Positions 36,555 through 48,006 of a stretch of 64,000 nucleotides of DNA are shown in pieces. The first letter of the stretch is position 1. Each line of letters starts with the position of its first letter. The translations under genes and the position numbers were made by a program. The stretch lies in the NCBI RefSeq assembly GCF_018350175.1, contig NC_058369.1:20896001-20960000 (forward strand), in the 5' to 3' direction. The notes under the pieces were generated by a model that was not told where the DNA came from, did not search any database, and saw nothing but the letters and a program-made list of their open reading frames with translations. Source of the DNA: Felis catus. Taxonomy: Eukaryota.

Positions 36555-37135
36555 AGCATAGGCTAGGTTATGGTGCAATAACACAAACTCTCACATCTTA
36601 GTAGCTTTTTTAAAATAAAAAAATTTTTTTTTAATTTTTTAGACACAGAGAGCATGAGTCGGGGTGGAACAGAGAGAGAGGGAGACACAGAATCCAAAGA
36701 AGGCTTCACCCTGTCAGCACAGAGCCCGACGCAGGGCTCGAACCCACAAACTGTGAGGTCATGACCTGAGCCAATGTCGGATGGTCAAATGACTGAACCA
36801 TCCAGGTGCCCCAACATCTTAGTAGCTTTAAACATCAAAGGTTCACTTTCTATTTTCAATACCTGTCCTTTGTGGGTTAGCAGGATGGCTCTTCCCATCT
36901 GTCACTCAGGTTTTAGGTTGGCAAAAAAGCCACCATCTTGAAGGTTGTCAGTTGCTAAGCCCAAGGGGAAAATGCTCAGGAAGGGTTCACCTGGGCAGTT
37001 AACTGCCCAGAAATGAACCACACCACTTCTACTCGCTATGCCACCAGTTGGCCATAACTAGCTGAATGACTCTTCTCAACCACAAGAGGGCCAGGAAGTG
37101 CCGGAAGGGGAGAGAACTGGACTCAGGTGGTAAAT
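36555..37135. mobile_element. Old MaLR (MLT1K-like) LTR with a Can-SINE insertion (36610-36812 -)
   Basis: ggctaggttatggtgcaataaca...; SINE TSD acatcttagtagcttt. Confidence 0.6.
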
Positions 37136-37624
37136 AGCACTAGCACACACCACCATGGTTTGAGGTTGGAGGATAACAGGGTGAATGTCAATAGAGGGAC
37201 AGGGACTTGAGGGGGACGGCTGCTGACTCTGCCGGACTGGCAATGTGCACTAACACTCCAAACCTCCACGGGCATCTGAAACCTCAAACGGCTGCAGTCA
37301 TTTGTGATCAGCTTTCTCAACAAGCAGGGCTTATTTACAGCAAAGTTCCAAGGTCAGAAAGCCCAAGACTGAGCACTGATCTCACAAATTTGTACCATTC
37401 ACTACCCTGATGACCTCTTTGAGCTTGTGTGCGGGGAGTGGGGCCGGGGGTGGTGGTGTGCAGATTTCAGAGTTACAGGGACCAAGTACTTCACCCATGT
37501 TGAATTCCTGAGATTCAGCACTGTTAGTGGAGATGGGTACCATTACTGCCATCTTCCCCTGGTCACTGATGACCTAACCTCACCTAGGAACAACCTCTTC
37601 CTTTGCTCTAAAAGGGGATGTTTT

Positions 37625-38292
37625 AGAGCCACCTGGGTGCCTCAGTTGGTTAAGCGTCTGACTTAGGCTCAGGTCATGATCTCACGGTTCGTGAGTTCGA
37701 GCCCTGAGTCGGGCACTGTGCTGACAGCCCGGAGCCTGGAGCCTGCTTCAGATTCAGTTTCTCCCCCTCTCTTTCTGCCCTTCCCCCATTCGTGTTCTGT
37801 CTCTGTCTCTCTCTCTCTCAAAAATAAATAAACATTAAAAAAAAAAACTTTAAAAGGGAACATTCAAATTAAAGCTTAATCCAGGGGCACCTGGGTGGTT
37901 CAGTTGGTTAATTATCCAACTCTTGATGTTGGCTCAGGTCATGATCTCACAGTTCTTGAGTTCGAGCCCCACGTTGGGCTCTGTACTGACAGTGGGGAGC
38001 CTACCTGGGATTCTCTCTCTCCTCTCTCTCTCAAGACTAATAAACTTAAAAAATTTTTAATTAAAGCTTAATCTGATGAATAAATTCAGTAAATTCTCCC
38101 TCAATAGGGTATAAGTAATGTACCCCAGTACATGCCTTCTTTCCTTCAGCTTGCTCGAATAATGCAGAAGGCTTATATATTTGACTTAAATGGTTGTTTT
38201 TCTTTTTTTAAAGTAAGCTCTATGCCTAATGTGGGGCTTAAACTCACAACCCCGAGATCAAAAGTCACATGCTCTACCGACTGAGCCACCCA
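37625..38292. mobile_element. Cluster of three Can-SINEs (37625-37848 +, 37883-38052 +, 38200-38292 -)
   Basis: Canonical heads and tails; TSD attaaagcttaatc around the second copy. Confidence 0.85.
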
Positions 38293-38499
38293 GTCGGTAA
38301 ATTATCTTTTCAACAGTTTTTTTTAAACATAGAATAGCATTGCAAAAAGTAACACACATGTAAGCCTTAATAATATTAGAATACCATTTTAAATACCTGT
38401 TTAGAAGTACTATAACTTATTTGTAGAAATTATCTTCTCAATGGATATTTAGATTGCTCTATACTCACAACAACTCTGGGCTGGATATCTCATGTCCAT

Positions 38500-39100
38500 T
38501 TAAAGGGGATCAGAATATGCCATCCCAAAATATGCCACTTTGGCATAAGGATTACTTTGAATTGAAGAAATTTCAGGACAGATGCAGAAAAGACTCCCTG
38601 CCCTCCTCCTTCCTACATAAAAGCAGGATATAAATTTCCAATGAGAAAGAGTCCTCCCTGTACCAGGAGAGGGAGAGCCAATGCCAAAGGTGAATCTGTA
38701 CAAACAAATCTTACTAACAGCAATCCTTATCTTCTATTAGTTCCATATACATGTAATATATATATATTTATATATATATATATATATCTTCCATATATAT
38801 ATAATATATATATATATAATATATATATATATACACTTTCCCACAATTTATTACCCGCACAAGTCTGAACCCCTTTTGTCTCGTCACATCTTTCAAATTT
38901 ATTGCTTTTTGTTTAAACTGGTGTATATATATATATAAGCTCTCAGGTCTATTGGTTTTTACTTCATTTCTCTGAGTCCCCTCATATACATATGAAATAA
39001 ACTTTTCCCTCTGTTGATCTGTCTTCTGTCAATTTAGTTCGTAGGGCCTCAACCACTGAAACTAAGAGAATAGAGGACAAAGTCTTTTTCCTTCCCTACA
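38500..39100 (+). mobile_element. MER34-like solo LTR with internal (TA)n at ~38755-38832
   Basis: aaaggggatcagaatatgccatcccaaaatatgccactttggcataaggattactttgaattgaag ... aataaa ... tttttccttccctaca; flanks ccat/tcat. Confidence 0.8.
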
Positions 39101-39152
39101 TCATCTTTGTCTACACAACCAGTTATTTCCTCGTACTGAAGTTGCATGTCAC

Positions 39153-39369
39153 TTTTTTTTTTTTTTCAACGTTTATTTATTTTTGGGACAGAGAGAGACA
39201 GAGCATGAATGGGGGAGGGGCAGAGAGAGAGGGAGACACAGAATCGGAAACAGGCTCCAGGCTCCGAGCCATCAGCCCAGAGCCCGACGCGGGGCTCGAA
39301 CTCACGGACCGCGAGATCGTGACCTGGCTGAAGTCGGACGCTTAACCGACTGAGCCACCCAGGCGCCCC
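39153..39369 (-). mobile_element. Young feline-type Can-SINE
   Basis: Near-identical to the copy at 41750-41985; CpGs intact. Confidence 0.92.
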
Positions 39370-39549
39370 CTCATTTTTGACATCGATACTTACTGTCAAA
39401 GTGCACTTAAAAAGACTATAGGCATATTCATGCCTACTATCAAGGTATGTGTATGCATCCTGATGAGCCCAATTGTTTTCTTAGATCCAAATCCCACTGC
39501 TTCATGAAGGCTTCTACTTGTTATTACCATTATTTCTTTTCCTTAAAAA

Positions 39550-39767
39550 AATTTTTTTTTAATGTTTATTTATTTTTGAGAGAGAGAGAGAGAGACAGAG
39601 CGTGAGCGTGGGAGGGGTAGAGAGAGAGGGAGACACAGAACCTGAAGCACGCTCCGGGCTCTGAGCTGTCAGCACAGAGCCCAACGCGGGGCTTGAACTC
39701 ACGAGCTGTGAGATCATGACCTGAGCCGAAATCAGCCGCCCAACTGACTGAGCCACCCAGGTGCCCC
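39550..39767 (-). mobile_element. Can-SINE
   Basis: TSD atttcttttcctt. Confidence 0.9.
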
Positions 39768-41199
39768 ATTTCTTTTCCTTTTGTGAAATATTTTCTACTT
39801 TGGGTCTGCAGCACTTTGTAGCTGAGTACTTACTTCACTGTTCTCTTGTTAATTCGTTAAAAAAGTAAGGAAAGGAAGAAAGAAAGTGGGGGTGGGAGAT
39901 AAAAAATATAGAAATTCCAGCTTTTATTAGTGCCTGGTCCTATGCAAGGCAGTAGAGATGCAAATATAAATTAGACCAAGTCACCACCTTCCAAGAACTC
40001 AGAGTCCAGTGGGCATTTAAACCCTGCTGTTAAATACATCTTGTGAGTAGTGGGGTGGGAGAAGGATTTAAAACATGGGTATAATTAGTCTTCCTGCTTA
40101 CAGTCTGACAGAACAGCATTGGCATGGTAAATGGTATTTGTTCATGAGTCTCTGGCACTAAATAATGAGAGAGGTGCTCAAATATACATTCCTTCTAGTA
40201 ATGGGGGTCTGCAATTACGAAAGCAGAGTAAAATTCTCAACTCAAAGTACCACTTCTTACTCATCCCAGTAGCTGTAGCATTTGATCTACATAGAAAGTC
40301 AGGGAATGTCTGCTGAATGCTGGAGGAATGAATAAATGCAAGCTGAACCAAGACTACTTACTATCAGCAAGAAAAAACTGAAATTTTAAGTATTGACAAT
40401 CTCCCCACATCTAAGGAGGGCAGATTCTCCTGAAGGTGCCTTTGTTTTGATGATGGAGAGGGGAAGTTTGGGAGAGGGTGACAGGGAATAAAAGGTCCTC
40501 TGTTATAATTGGAAAGAAAAATCCAGGGAGACAGATGGGAAGGGGTTAGGAGGAGTTCATGAGAACAGAGCATGATTTGGAGACCTATGGAGAGATGTGG
40601 CAGCTGCAAAAGGAAACTGGTGGTGGTGGTGGGGATATGTTTTAAGATTTTTAGAAAGTCTGCTGTGTGATTTGTGATGTAACTCCCTCCCCCCATCTCC
40701 CTAGGAGAATATCAGTTAAAAAAAAAAAAAACAACAACAACAACAAAACTCTTTTGTGTCTTTGGAGTCTGGTCAGGACTTGTCTTTTGAATGCGGGAAG
40801 ACATCAAGTCAGGCTCAAGGGTGGACACAGGCTGAGAATGGAGAGAGTAAGGGAGACCCAGGGTCATTCATGTTTACAGGCAGCTTGTGTGCTCGAGGTT
40901 CATGCAATTGGTTGGCCACGGAGGAGAGGGGTGAACACAAAAGAGCTGTGGGATTACAGAGGTGGAGAGGAGCCGGGATGATTTAATCTGGCTCCAGAAA
41001 GGGTGAATTGTGGGGAAATCGTAATTCTCAGTCCCTTTGCTCAGTCTATTGCCGGGCACCTAACAGGAGGAAGGCATGTATTTGCTGACTGATGGGATCC
41101 TAGGGATAAAGGAGGGGGCGCTTACGGCAATTGGGTGAGTCAGAGATTATTGCCCCCGTGGCAGAGATGAAAGCAATACAGCCTGAAGGTGGCTCCACC

Positions 41200-41660
41200 C
41201 AAGCCTCCCAAAAGTCCGAGCGGGAGAAACGCCTTAGTTCCCACTCGCACAAACCTCACACCCCCTCCCACGGCAGCTTGCGCCCGGCAGCACCCCAACC
41301 CCGCCCCCTCTCACCCCACACTTCCTGATTCCGCTCCGCCCTACCCGCGAGTACTTCCGGTCTCCGGCACCGGAAGCCGCGACCCAGAGCGGTGGGGCGG
41401 TAAGTCCACGGCGCGAGGGCCCACGGAAGAAGTCCTTGGGCCGGGCAGTGGCGGGTCCAGGTGGTGGCGGGCCATTATTTCTCGGGTCACTACCGGACAT
41501 CACGCGGCAGCGAAGTTCCCTCGGAAAGGTCTAAGGCGCCGGGAGAGGATGACATTACTTCCGGAGCATGTGCGGGCAGGAAAAGGCCGGAAGTGGCTCC
41601 AGCCCCACTTGGTGGCGAGGAGGAGTCAAGGAGGGTCTTCTCGGTGTTTCCGGATTTATC
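41200..41660 (+). promoter_or_regulatory. GLYCTK CpG-island promoter with non-coding exon 1 (probable donor GCG/gtaagt at 41399/41400)
   Basis: CpG-rich. Clustered ETS/GABP-type sites: acttccgg 41353-41360, ccggaag 41370-41376, acttccgg 41557-41564, ccggaagtg 41587-41595. Consensus GTAAGT donor lies 2.5 kb upstream of the first coding exon. Confidence 0.78.
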
Positions 41661-41701
41661 TCTGGAGTACCTGGGAGTTTTAGGAGAGAAGGTGTGTGAA
41701 T

Positions 41702-42349
41702 AAAGAGTAGCAAGTAAAAATACAGGACGTGCAGTTAAAATTTAATTTCTTTTTCTTTTTTTTTTTTTTAAATTTTTTTTCAACGTTTTTATTTATTTTT
41801 GGGACAGAGAGAGACAGAGCATGAACGGGGGAGGGGCAGAGAGAGAGGGAGACACAGAATCGGAAACAGGCTCCAGGCTCCGAGCCATCAGCCCAGAGCC
41901 CGACGCGGGGCTCGAACTCACGGACCGCGAGATCGTGACCTGGCTGAAGTCGGACGCTTAACCGACTGCGCCACCCAGGCGCCCCAAAATTTAATTTCAG
42001 ATAGGTAACATTTTTTTTAGTGTAGGTGTGCCTCAAATATTGTATGGAACATACTTGTATTTTAAAAATCCCTAATTGAGGGGCACCTGGGTGACTCCGT
42101 CAGTTAAGCGTAGGACTCTTGATTTCAGCTCAGGTCATGATCTCAGGATGGTGAGACTGAGCTCCCTGGTCAGGCTCTGCTGATAGGGCAGAGCCTGCTT
42201 GGGATTCTCCCATCTCTCTGCCCCTCCCCTGCTCTTTCTCTCTTTCTCTCTTTTTCTCAAAAAAAAAAAAAAAAAAAAAAAAAAGAAAGAAAGAAAAGAT
42301 CTGATTTATTTGAAATTCAAATACATCTTATATTTTAACTGGCAACCTT
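41702..42349. mobile_element. MER53-like hAT MITE split by two Can-SINEs (41750-41985 -, 42080-42297 +) in GLYCTK intron 1
   Basis: aaaatacaggacgtgcagttaaaatttaatttc..agata..caaatattgtatggaacatactt..tgaaattcaaat..tattttaactggcaacc; SINE TSD aaaatttaatttc. Confidence 0.75.
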
Positions 42350-43992
42350 TGCCTTGAACACCCCTCTCCCCCTCCCTCCCCCGAACTCTGGTGTACTGTG
42401 GCAAGGCCTGTGTCCATCTGGGAAAGAGGTACAAAGTTCATGCAGGCTGTCAGGCTATTGCTAGATTCTAAGCCGCTTTTGGTTCCTAGCCTAATGGGCC
42501 ATCCCCAGGGGCTTCCTGGCAAAAGTTGAGCCCATTTTTCAGAGTCCATATGTCAGCACTCTCTGTGTTCCTTTTAATGCTGGAGTCAGGCAGCATTGGT
42601 CTTACGGGAAAGCTGAGAACCATGCTGGCTAAGTGGCTGAGGACTACACATTGTTAGGTTTTTTGAGTGTGGGATAAAGTGGGGCTCAGGTTTTCTGTGT
42701 TAACAGTGGGCAGCTTCAGAGAGACCAAGGATGTCAAGGGGAAAGCGTTAATCTCATCCCACCTCTCATTTTGTATGTGAGGTCCAGTGAGAGAAAAGGA
42801 ATTGTCTCTTTGGTAGAGCTGAAGCCTGATTCCCAGCCTCCTTCCCCTGCTCTGTGCATACTTGTGCAGTCAGCTGGCAGCATTTATGGTGGGCATTGTT
42901 AAAGCAGATGCCTTTTTTAGAGATGAGCTCTTTGGGGCTTTATTGTCCCTGAATTCCTTTACAGCCTCCTGACCTTCACCCTGAGGCTACTTTAGCCTTT
43001 ACCTTGCCCAGTGGGGAAACTGGCCTCAGTTCTGGAAGCCTGGCCTTTCCTGCTCCAGACACTCGGCTCTCACTCCTGTGGGTGGTGTGACCCAAGACTT
43101 GTCTTGTTAGGTCAGAGTGAAAGGCATGTTCTTAGCAGAGGTGGGTCTAGCTAGCCAAGTAGGTGGAAGGGTGTCCTTTTTTGTCCTGCAGTGTGGGCCC
43201 CAAGGTATATGGCCTTATTGTGGTGTCTAGGGACTTATCTGAGGTTCCATCATGAGCCAGTCTTTGCTGCCATTTCTTGCTTGAACCCAAACCTTTTGCT
43301 GGACTGGCCTTGAGCACTGGGATTCCTCAGGCTGTGTGTCCTGAGGATGTGCTCTGGGTCTGCCTGTCAGTACTCCTGTGAGCCTACAGCCTCCCCACAC
43401 AGACCTAGGCTTCCCAGACCAGATCCATGAGCTAATGAAATTGAGCAGGCTACAGGTCATCGGGCTCAGGGTCAGTTGGTGGGACAGCCGGCAGCCTCTT
43501 GGCAACAGAAGTGGTAAACAGGCAAGGAAGGAGTGCCAGAAAGGGGTGTTGCTCCTGGACGAGGGCTTAGAAGTGAAGGGGGTGGAAAAGGGGTGGGGCG
43601 GGAGCCCAATGAGAGGAATTGCTCCCTCTATGAATGATTAACTCTCAGCCGAAGCGGGTGGCCTAGGGGAGGGCTCGGCTAACAGGACCTTTGGACCCGG
43701 GGCAGAGTGTCCAGAGGGCCAGAGTAGAGCCTGCAGAAGAGAAGGACATGGTAGGTGGCGGGCTTGGGCTCCGAGAACTGGAGTTAGATGAGGCAGCTGA
43801 GGGCCTCAGAAAGTCTTGGACTGGCAGATGGCCCATTGCAGCAGCCACTGTGGGGCCCAGCGGCCCCAAGCCCTCAGAGAGGTAGCTGTGGTGGTGGTGG
43901 GGGGGGGTGACTCTGGTCTTGCAGCGGCCTTACTGGTGCTTTCTTCCCCCTAGGCAGCCATGGGTGCCAGGTGGTGCTGAGAACAGTGGGGC

Positions 43993-44369
43993 ATGGCTGC
44001 AGTCCTGCAGGTCCTGCCCTGCTTGGCCCGAGCCCCCTTGCGCCCACTCCTCTTGGGTGGCGCAGTGGTCCGGCTGGCCAGTGGCATGGCCCTCGCGGAG
44101 CAGGCACGGCAGCTGTTTGAGAGCACTGTGGGTGCCGTGCTTCCAGGCCCCATGCTGCACCGGGCACTGTCCTTGGATCCTGGTGGTGGGCAGCTGAAGG
44201 TGCGGGACCGGAGCTTTCAGCTAAGGCAAAACCTCTACCTGGTGGGCTTTGGCAAGGCTGTGCTGGGCATGGCAGCTGCAGCTGAGGAGCTACTGGGCCA
44301 GCATCTCGTGCAGGGTGTGATCAGCGTTCCCAAGGGGATCCGTGCTGCCATGGAGCATGCTGGCAAACA
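43993..44369 (+). CDS. GLYCTK: GLYCTK first coding exon (exon starts at 43954)
   Basis: Acceptor ttcttccccctag; [20 protein letters not shown]...[11 protein letters not shown](Q); donor gtaagg. Confidence 0.95.
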
Positions 44370-46761
44370 GTAAGGAGCCTTGGGGGGCTGTTGCCCACTG
44401 TCCATCGGGCGGGGAAGCTAAGCCAAACTCAGGCCCCATCGGGCCTCCCTCCCTCACCAGCATCCCTTTCCTTCTGGGTCTAGATTGGCTCCAGGATGGG
44501 TGCCAGTTGGCATCCTTCACCTGTACAGCTGGGAAATCAGGTGGAAGGAGAGGAGCTCACCCCATCTCTTGCTGTCTGTTCTGTCTCTTCAGGGAGATGC
44601 TGCTGAAGCCACACAGCTGTGTCCAGGTATTTGAGGGCGCAGAGGACAACCTCCCAGACCGTGATGCACTCCGGGCCGCACTGGCCATCCGGCAGCTGGC
44701 TGAAAGCCTCACGGCTGACGATCTACTGCTTGTGCTCATCTCAGGTATGGGTGCCAGATTGGCTCATTCAGGACAGGTTGGGGGATGGTGGTGGTGGTTC
44801 CAAATACCAGGTCTGTGAGAGATGGTTGGTCTGAGCCCACGGGGTCAAAAGAGTAAGGGAAGCAGTAAGGAACCTGGATGGCTGACCCCCAGGTGGCCCT
44901 GGGTATTGTATCTGGCCTCCCCGGAGCTGTGGGGTCCTCCCCTGACTGACCCTGTTGGGTGACCATGAGGGGGTACATAGGGAACATCTAACTCAGGGTG
45001 TTGCAGGGAAAATGTCCCTGCTGTTGCTGCTCTCTTGCCAATGTGATCTGGGGCTAGAACCCAGGTCTCTAGCTCCCACGGAGCCCCTCCTTGGTCTCAC
45101 TGTCTCCTCCTGGATGAGGGGCAGCCCCTATTCCAAGCTCTTACGGAATAGTTCTTTTAGTGCCTGCTGGGACCTAGGCTACCCTAAGGCAGGGCACAGC
45201 CTCAGGGGCCCAGGGTGTGGTGATTGTACACACGGTCACTGCATGTCCACACGGGGGCACCCTAACCCCACCTTTCCAGCATCCCCTTCCCTAATGTGGG
45301 CACTGCCTGCCTGCTTCCCTGAGTGGGGAGGTTCCTTTGCAGTTCTGTCCCATCTGCCCAACTTCTTCACTGTCTCTGCAGGTGGGGGCTCAGCCTTGCT
45401 GCCAGCCCCTATCCCACCCGTCACACTGGAGGAAAAGCAGACACTCACCAAACTGCTGGCGGCCCGTGGAGCCAACATCCAGGAGCTGAACACAATCCGG
45501 AAGGCCTTGTCCCAGCTCAAGGGTGGGGGGCTGGCTCGGGCTGCCTACCCTGCCCAGGTACATGGGTTGCTTCTACCCCAGGCAGCCCTGGGCTAGAGGA
45601 GCCCACATGCACCAGGGAGATGAAAGCCTAGAACAGCAGACAGATTGGCAGGGGCCTGGTGTGGGAGTCCACAGGGCTAGCTGAGAGGGGCCTCAGAGAG
45701 GAATGGGGGGGGGGGTCCAAGTGGCCACATGTTCTACAAACCCCCTTGAGAGGGGTTAGAAGTGGGTAAGAAAATGCACTGGGCAGTGTGAGGGTGTGTG
45801 AATACATGGTAGGGGGCGTGTGGTGGTTTATCCTCAGTGGCTGTAGGGTGAGGGCCAGGAGGGACTGAGCCTTGCTTCTGCGACCCCACCCCAGGTGGTG
45901 AGCCTGATTCTGTCAGACGTGGTGGGGGACCCTGTGGAGGTGATCGCCAGCGGCCCCACTGTGGCTAGCGTCCACAACGTGCAAGATTGCCTGCACATCC
46001 TCAATCGCTACGGCCTTCGTGCTGCCCTGCCACGTTCCGTGAAGACTGTGCTGGCTCGGGCTGACTCTGACCCTCATGGGCCACACACCTGTGGTCACGT
46101 ACTCAACGTGATCATTGGCTCCAACGCGCTGGCGCTGGCCGAGGCCCAGCGGCAGGCTGAGGGTCTGGGGTACCAGGCTGTGGTGCTGAGCGCAGCCATG
46201 CAGGGCGATGTGGAAAGTATAGCCCGGTTCTACGGGTTACTCGCCCAGGTGGCTGGAACCCGCCTCACTCTGGCTGGGGCTGGAGCCTCTGCGGAGGAGG
46301 CTGAACAACTCCGTGAGCTGGCAGCTGAGCTCCAGCTCCCAGACCTGCAGCTGAAGGAGGCTCTGGAGGTTGTGGTGAGGGCCAGGGGCCCCGTCTGCCT
46401 GCTGGCTGGTGGTGAGCCCACAGTGCAATTGCAGGGCTCAGGAAAGGGTGGCCGGAACCAGGAACTGGCCCTGCGTGTTGGAGTAGAGCTGGGACGACGG
46501 CCACTGGGGCCTGTAGATGTGCTGTTTTTAAGTGGCGGCACCGATGGGCAGGATGGCCCCACAGAGGCCGCTGGGGCCTGGGTCATGCCTGAGCTGGCCA
46601 GCCAGGCTGCCGCTGAGGGCCTGGACGTGGCCACCTTCCTATCTCACAATGACTCACATACCTTCTTCCGTTGCTTTCGTGGTGGGGTGCACCTGCTGCA
46701 CACAGGGCTGACTGGCACCAATGTCATGGACGCCCACCTCCTGTTCCTGCGGCCACGGTGA
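43993..46761 (+). CDS. GLYCTK: Glycerate kinase (glycerate 2-kinase, MOFRL family), complete spliced CDS, 523 aa
   Basis: Coding exons 43993-44369, 44593-44744, 45382-45557, 45895-46761; 377+152+176+867=1572 nt; GT-AG introns. Motifs [52 protein letters not shown]. Confidence 0.97.
44593..44744 (+). CDS. GLYCTK: GLYCTK second coding exon
   Basis: [50 protein letters not shown](G); acceptor ctcttcag, donor gtatgg. Confidence 0.95.
45382..45557 (+). CDS. GLYCTK: GLYCTK third coding exon
   Basis: [58 protein letters not shown]; acceptor ctgcag, donor gtacat. Confidence 0.95.
45895..46761 (+). CDS. GLYCTK: GLYCTK last coding exon
   Basis: [22 protein letters not shown]...[16 protein letters not shown]; acceptor ccccag. 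Confidence 0.96.
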   Translation: MVSLILSDVVGDPVEVIASGPTVASVHNVQDCLHILNRYGLRAALPRSVKTVLARADSDPHGPHTCGHVLNVIIGSNALALAEAQRQAEGLGYQAVVLSAAMQGDVESIARFYGLLAQVAGTRLTLAGAGASAEEAEQLRELAAELQLPDLQLKEALEVVVRARGPVCLLAGGEPTVQLQGSGKGGRNQELALRVGVELGRRPLGPVDVLFLSGGTDGQDGPTEAAGAWVMPELASQAAAEGLDVATFLSHNDSHTFFRCFRGGVHLLHTGLTGTNVMDAHLLFLRPR

Positions 46762-47125
46762 TGGTGTAGGTTGTGTTTTAGGAGTACAGAGGAGGCCTAC
46801 AGGACAGCATCCTGGGGCCGACCAGGGTTGGTCCCCAAGGCCTCACCAGGCCTTAGGGTTCCTTCTTTCCTTGGCCCAGGCTGCTTGGTTGGCCCTTATA
46901 CCTCACACCCATGGCTTCTGCTCTGTGTTCATTCCTCCAACCGGACTGGCAGATGGGGGCTCTCTTCTCCCTACTTTCTGCTGTGGACAGATAGCAGGTA
47001 TCTCTGAGGACTGGGATGAGCCCCTTAGCCAGTTTGCTGTTCCCAGTCTTCTCCTCGCCCACACCCAGGCAGCCCCTCTGCTGAGCTCTTGAGTGTCCTT
47101 TCTGTGGGGTAAAGCAAGGACTGCA

Positions 47126-47131
47126 AATAAA
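47126..47131 (+). terminator. GLYCTK proximal polyadenylation signal AATAAA
   Basis: Canonical hexamer ~365 nt after the stop, followed by a GT/T-rich tract (atgtgttttccc). Confidence 0.7.
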
Positions 47132-47916
47132 AAGAACCACACTATGGGTTCTCCATGTGTTTTCCCTCTGAGCGAAGACTCACCCAGAACTGCTGGGAAG
47201 GGGAGTGGGATCAGCCTGCAGCCCCAGCGCTAAGACCCTACAGGAGTTCCCCACACCCCGCTCTGCATGGTATACTCAGCACTTGCTTCACTTAAACAGT
47301 AGCCTAGGAAGGTTGAGCCTGGCTTCTGACACATTCAATGGGGACAAGCAGAGAGGGAGGACAGGCCTAAGGACTGCAGACTGTGGGGTCTGAAAGCAAC
47401 TGGCCACCTACCCAACTGTGACTCCCCTGTGGCCTCCCTGTTGCAATCTCCAGCTTCTGCTTGCTGTGTGCCTTGCTGGGTGAATGCTTACTACTCACTA
47501 AGTCTGTCCTTCCCTTCTGTGTTTGGAAAACCCTTAGGCACAGACCACACCTTCTTTGGTTGATCTGCCCTTTGTTTGCCCACGGGCTACTCTCAGCCAC
47601 ATAGGATTCTGGACCTTGTTTTCTTGTGTCAGGCCCATTTTTCCAAGTGGAACATCCCAGTTCCTTTAGCTGCTCCTCTGGGACACAGTCCAGTTCCCAG
47701 TGCCAGCCTTGCAGTGGTGGTCTCCAGCGCTGAGATAGTGGGTCAGAGTACTGATGGGATCCAGCAGCCCACCTGCCCATTCTCCTGTTACAGTTGGCCA
47801 GGGAAGAGGTCAGTGGGTGTAGGGGTAGGGAGAGCAACAGAGGAAAGGTTCCCTTGGCTAGTCTAGCAGCTACCTCTCTTTGGGCCCCCTTGCTCAGGAT
47901 CCGAGCCCTCGCTGGC

Positions 47917-48006
47917 CGCCCCCGCCGTGCGCCACGGCTCCAATCCCTATATGAGTGAGCAGTAGAATCACATAGGAATAAAAAGCCATAGAGAACAGCG
48001 AGGCCT
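47917..48006 (-). ncRNA. MIR135A1: pre-miR-135a-1 hairpin (mature 5p at 47990-47968)
   Basis: Minus strand reads AGGCCTCGCTGTTCTC-TATGGCTTTTTATTCCTATGTGA-TTCTACTGCTCACTCA-TATAGGGATTGGAGCCGTGGCG. Lies downstream of and antisense to GLYCTK, as in other mammals. Confidence 0.97.
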
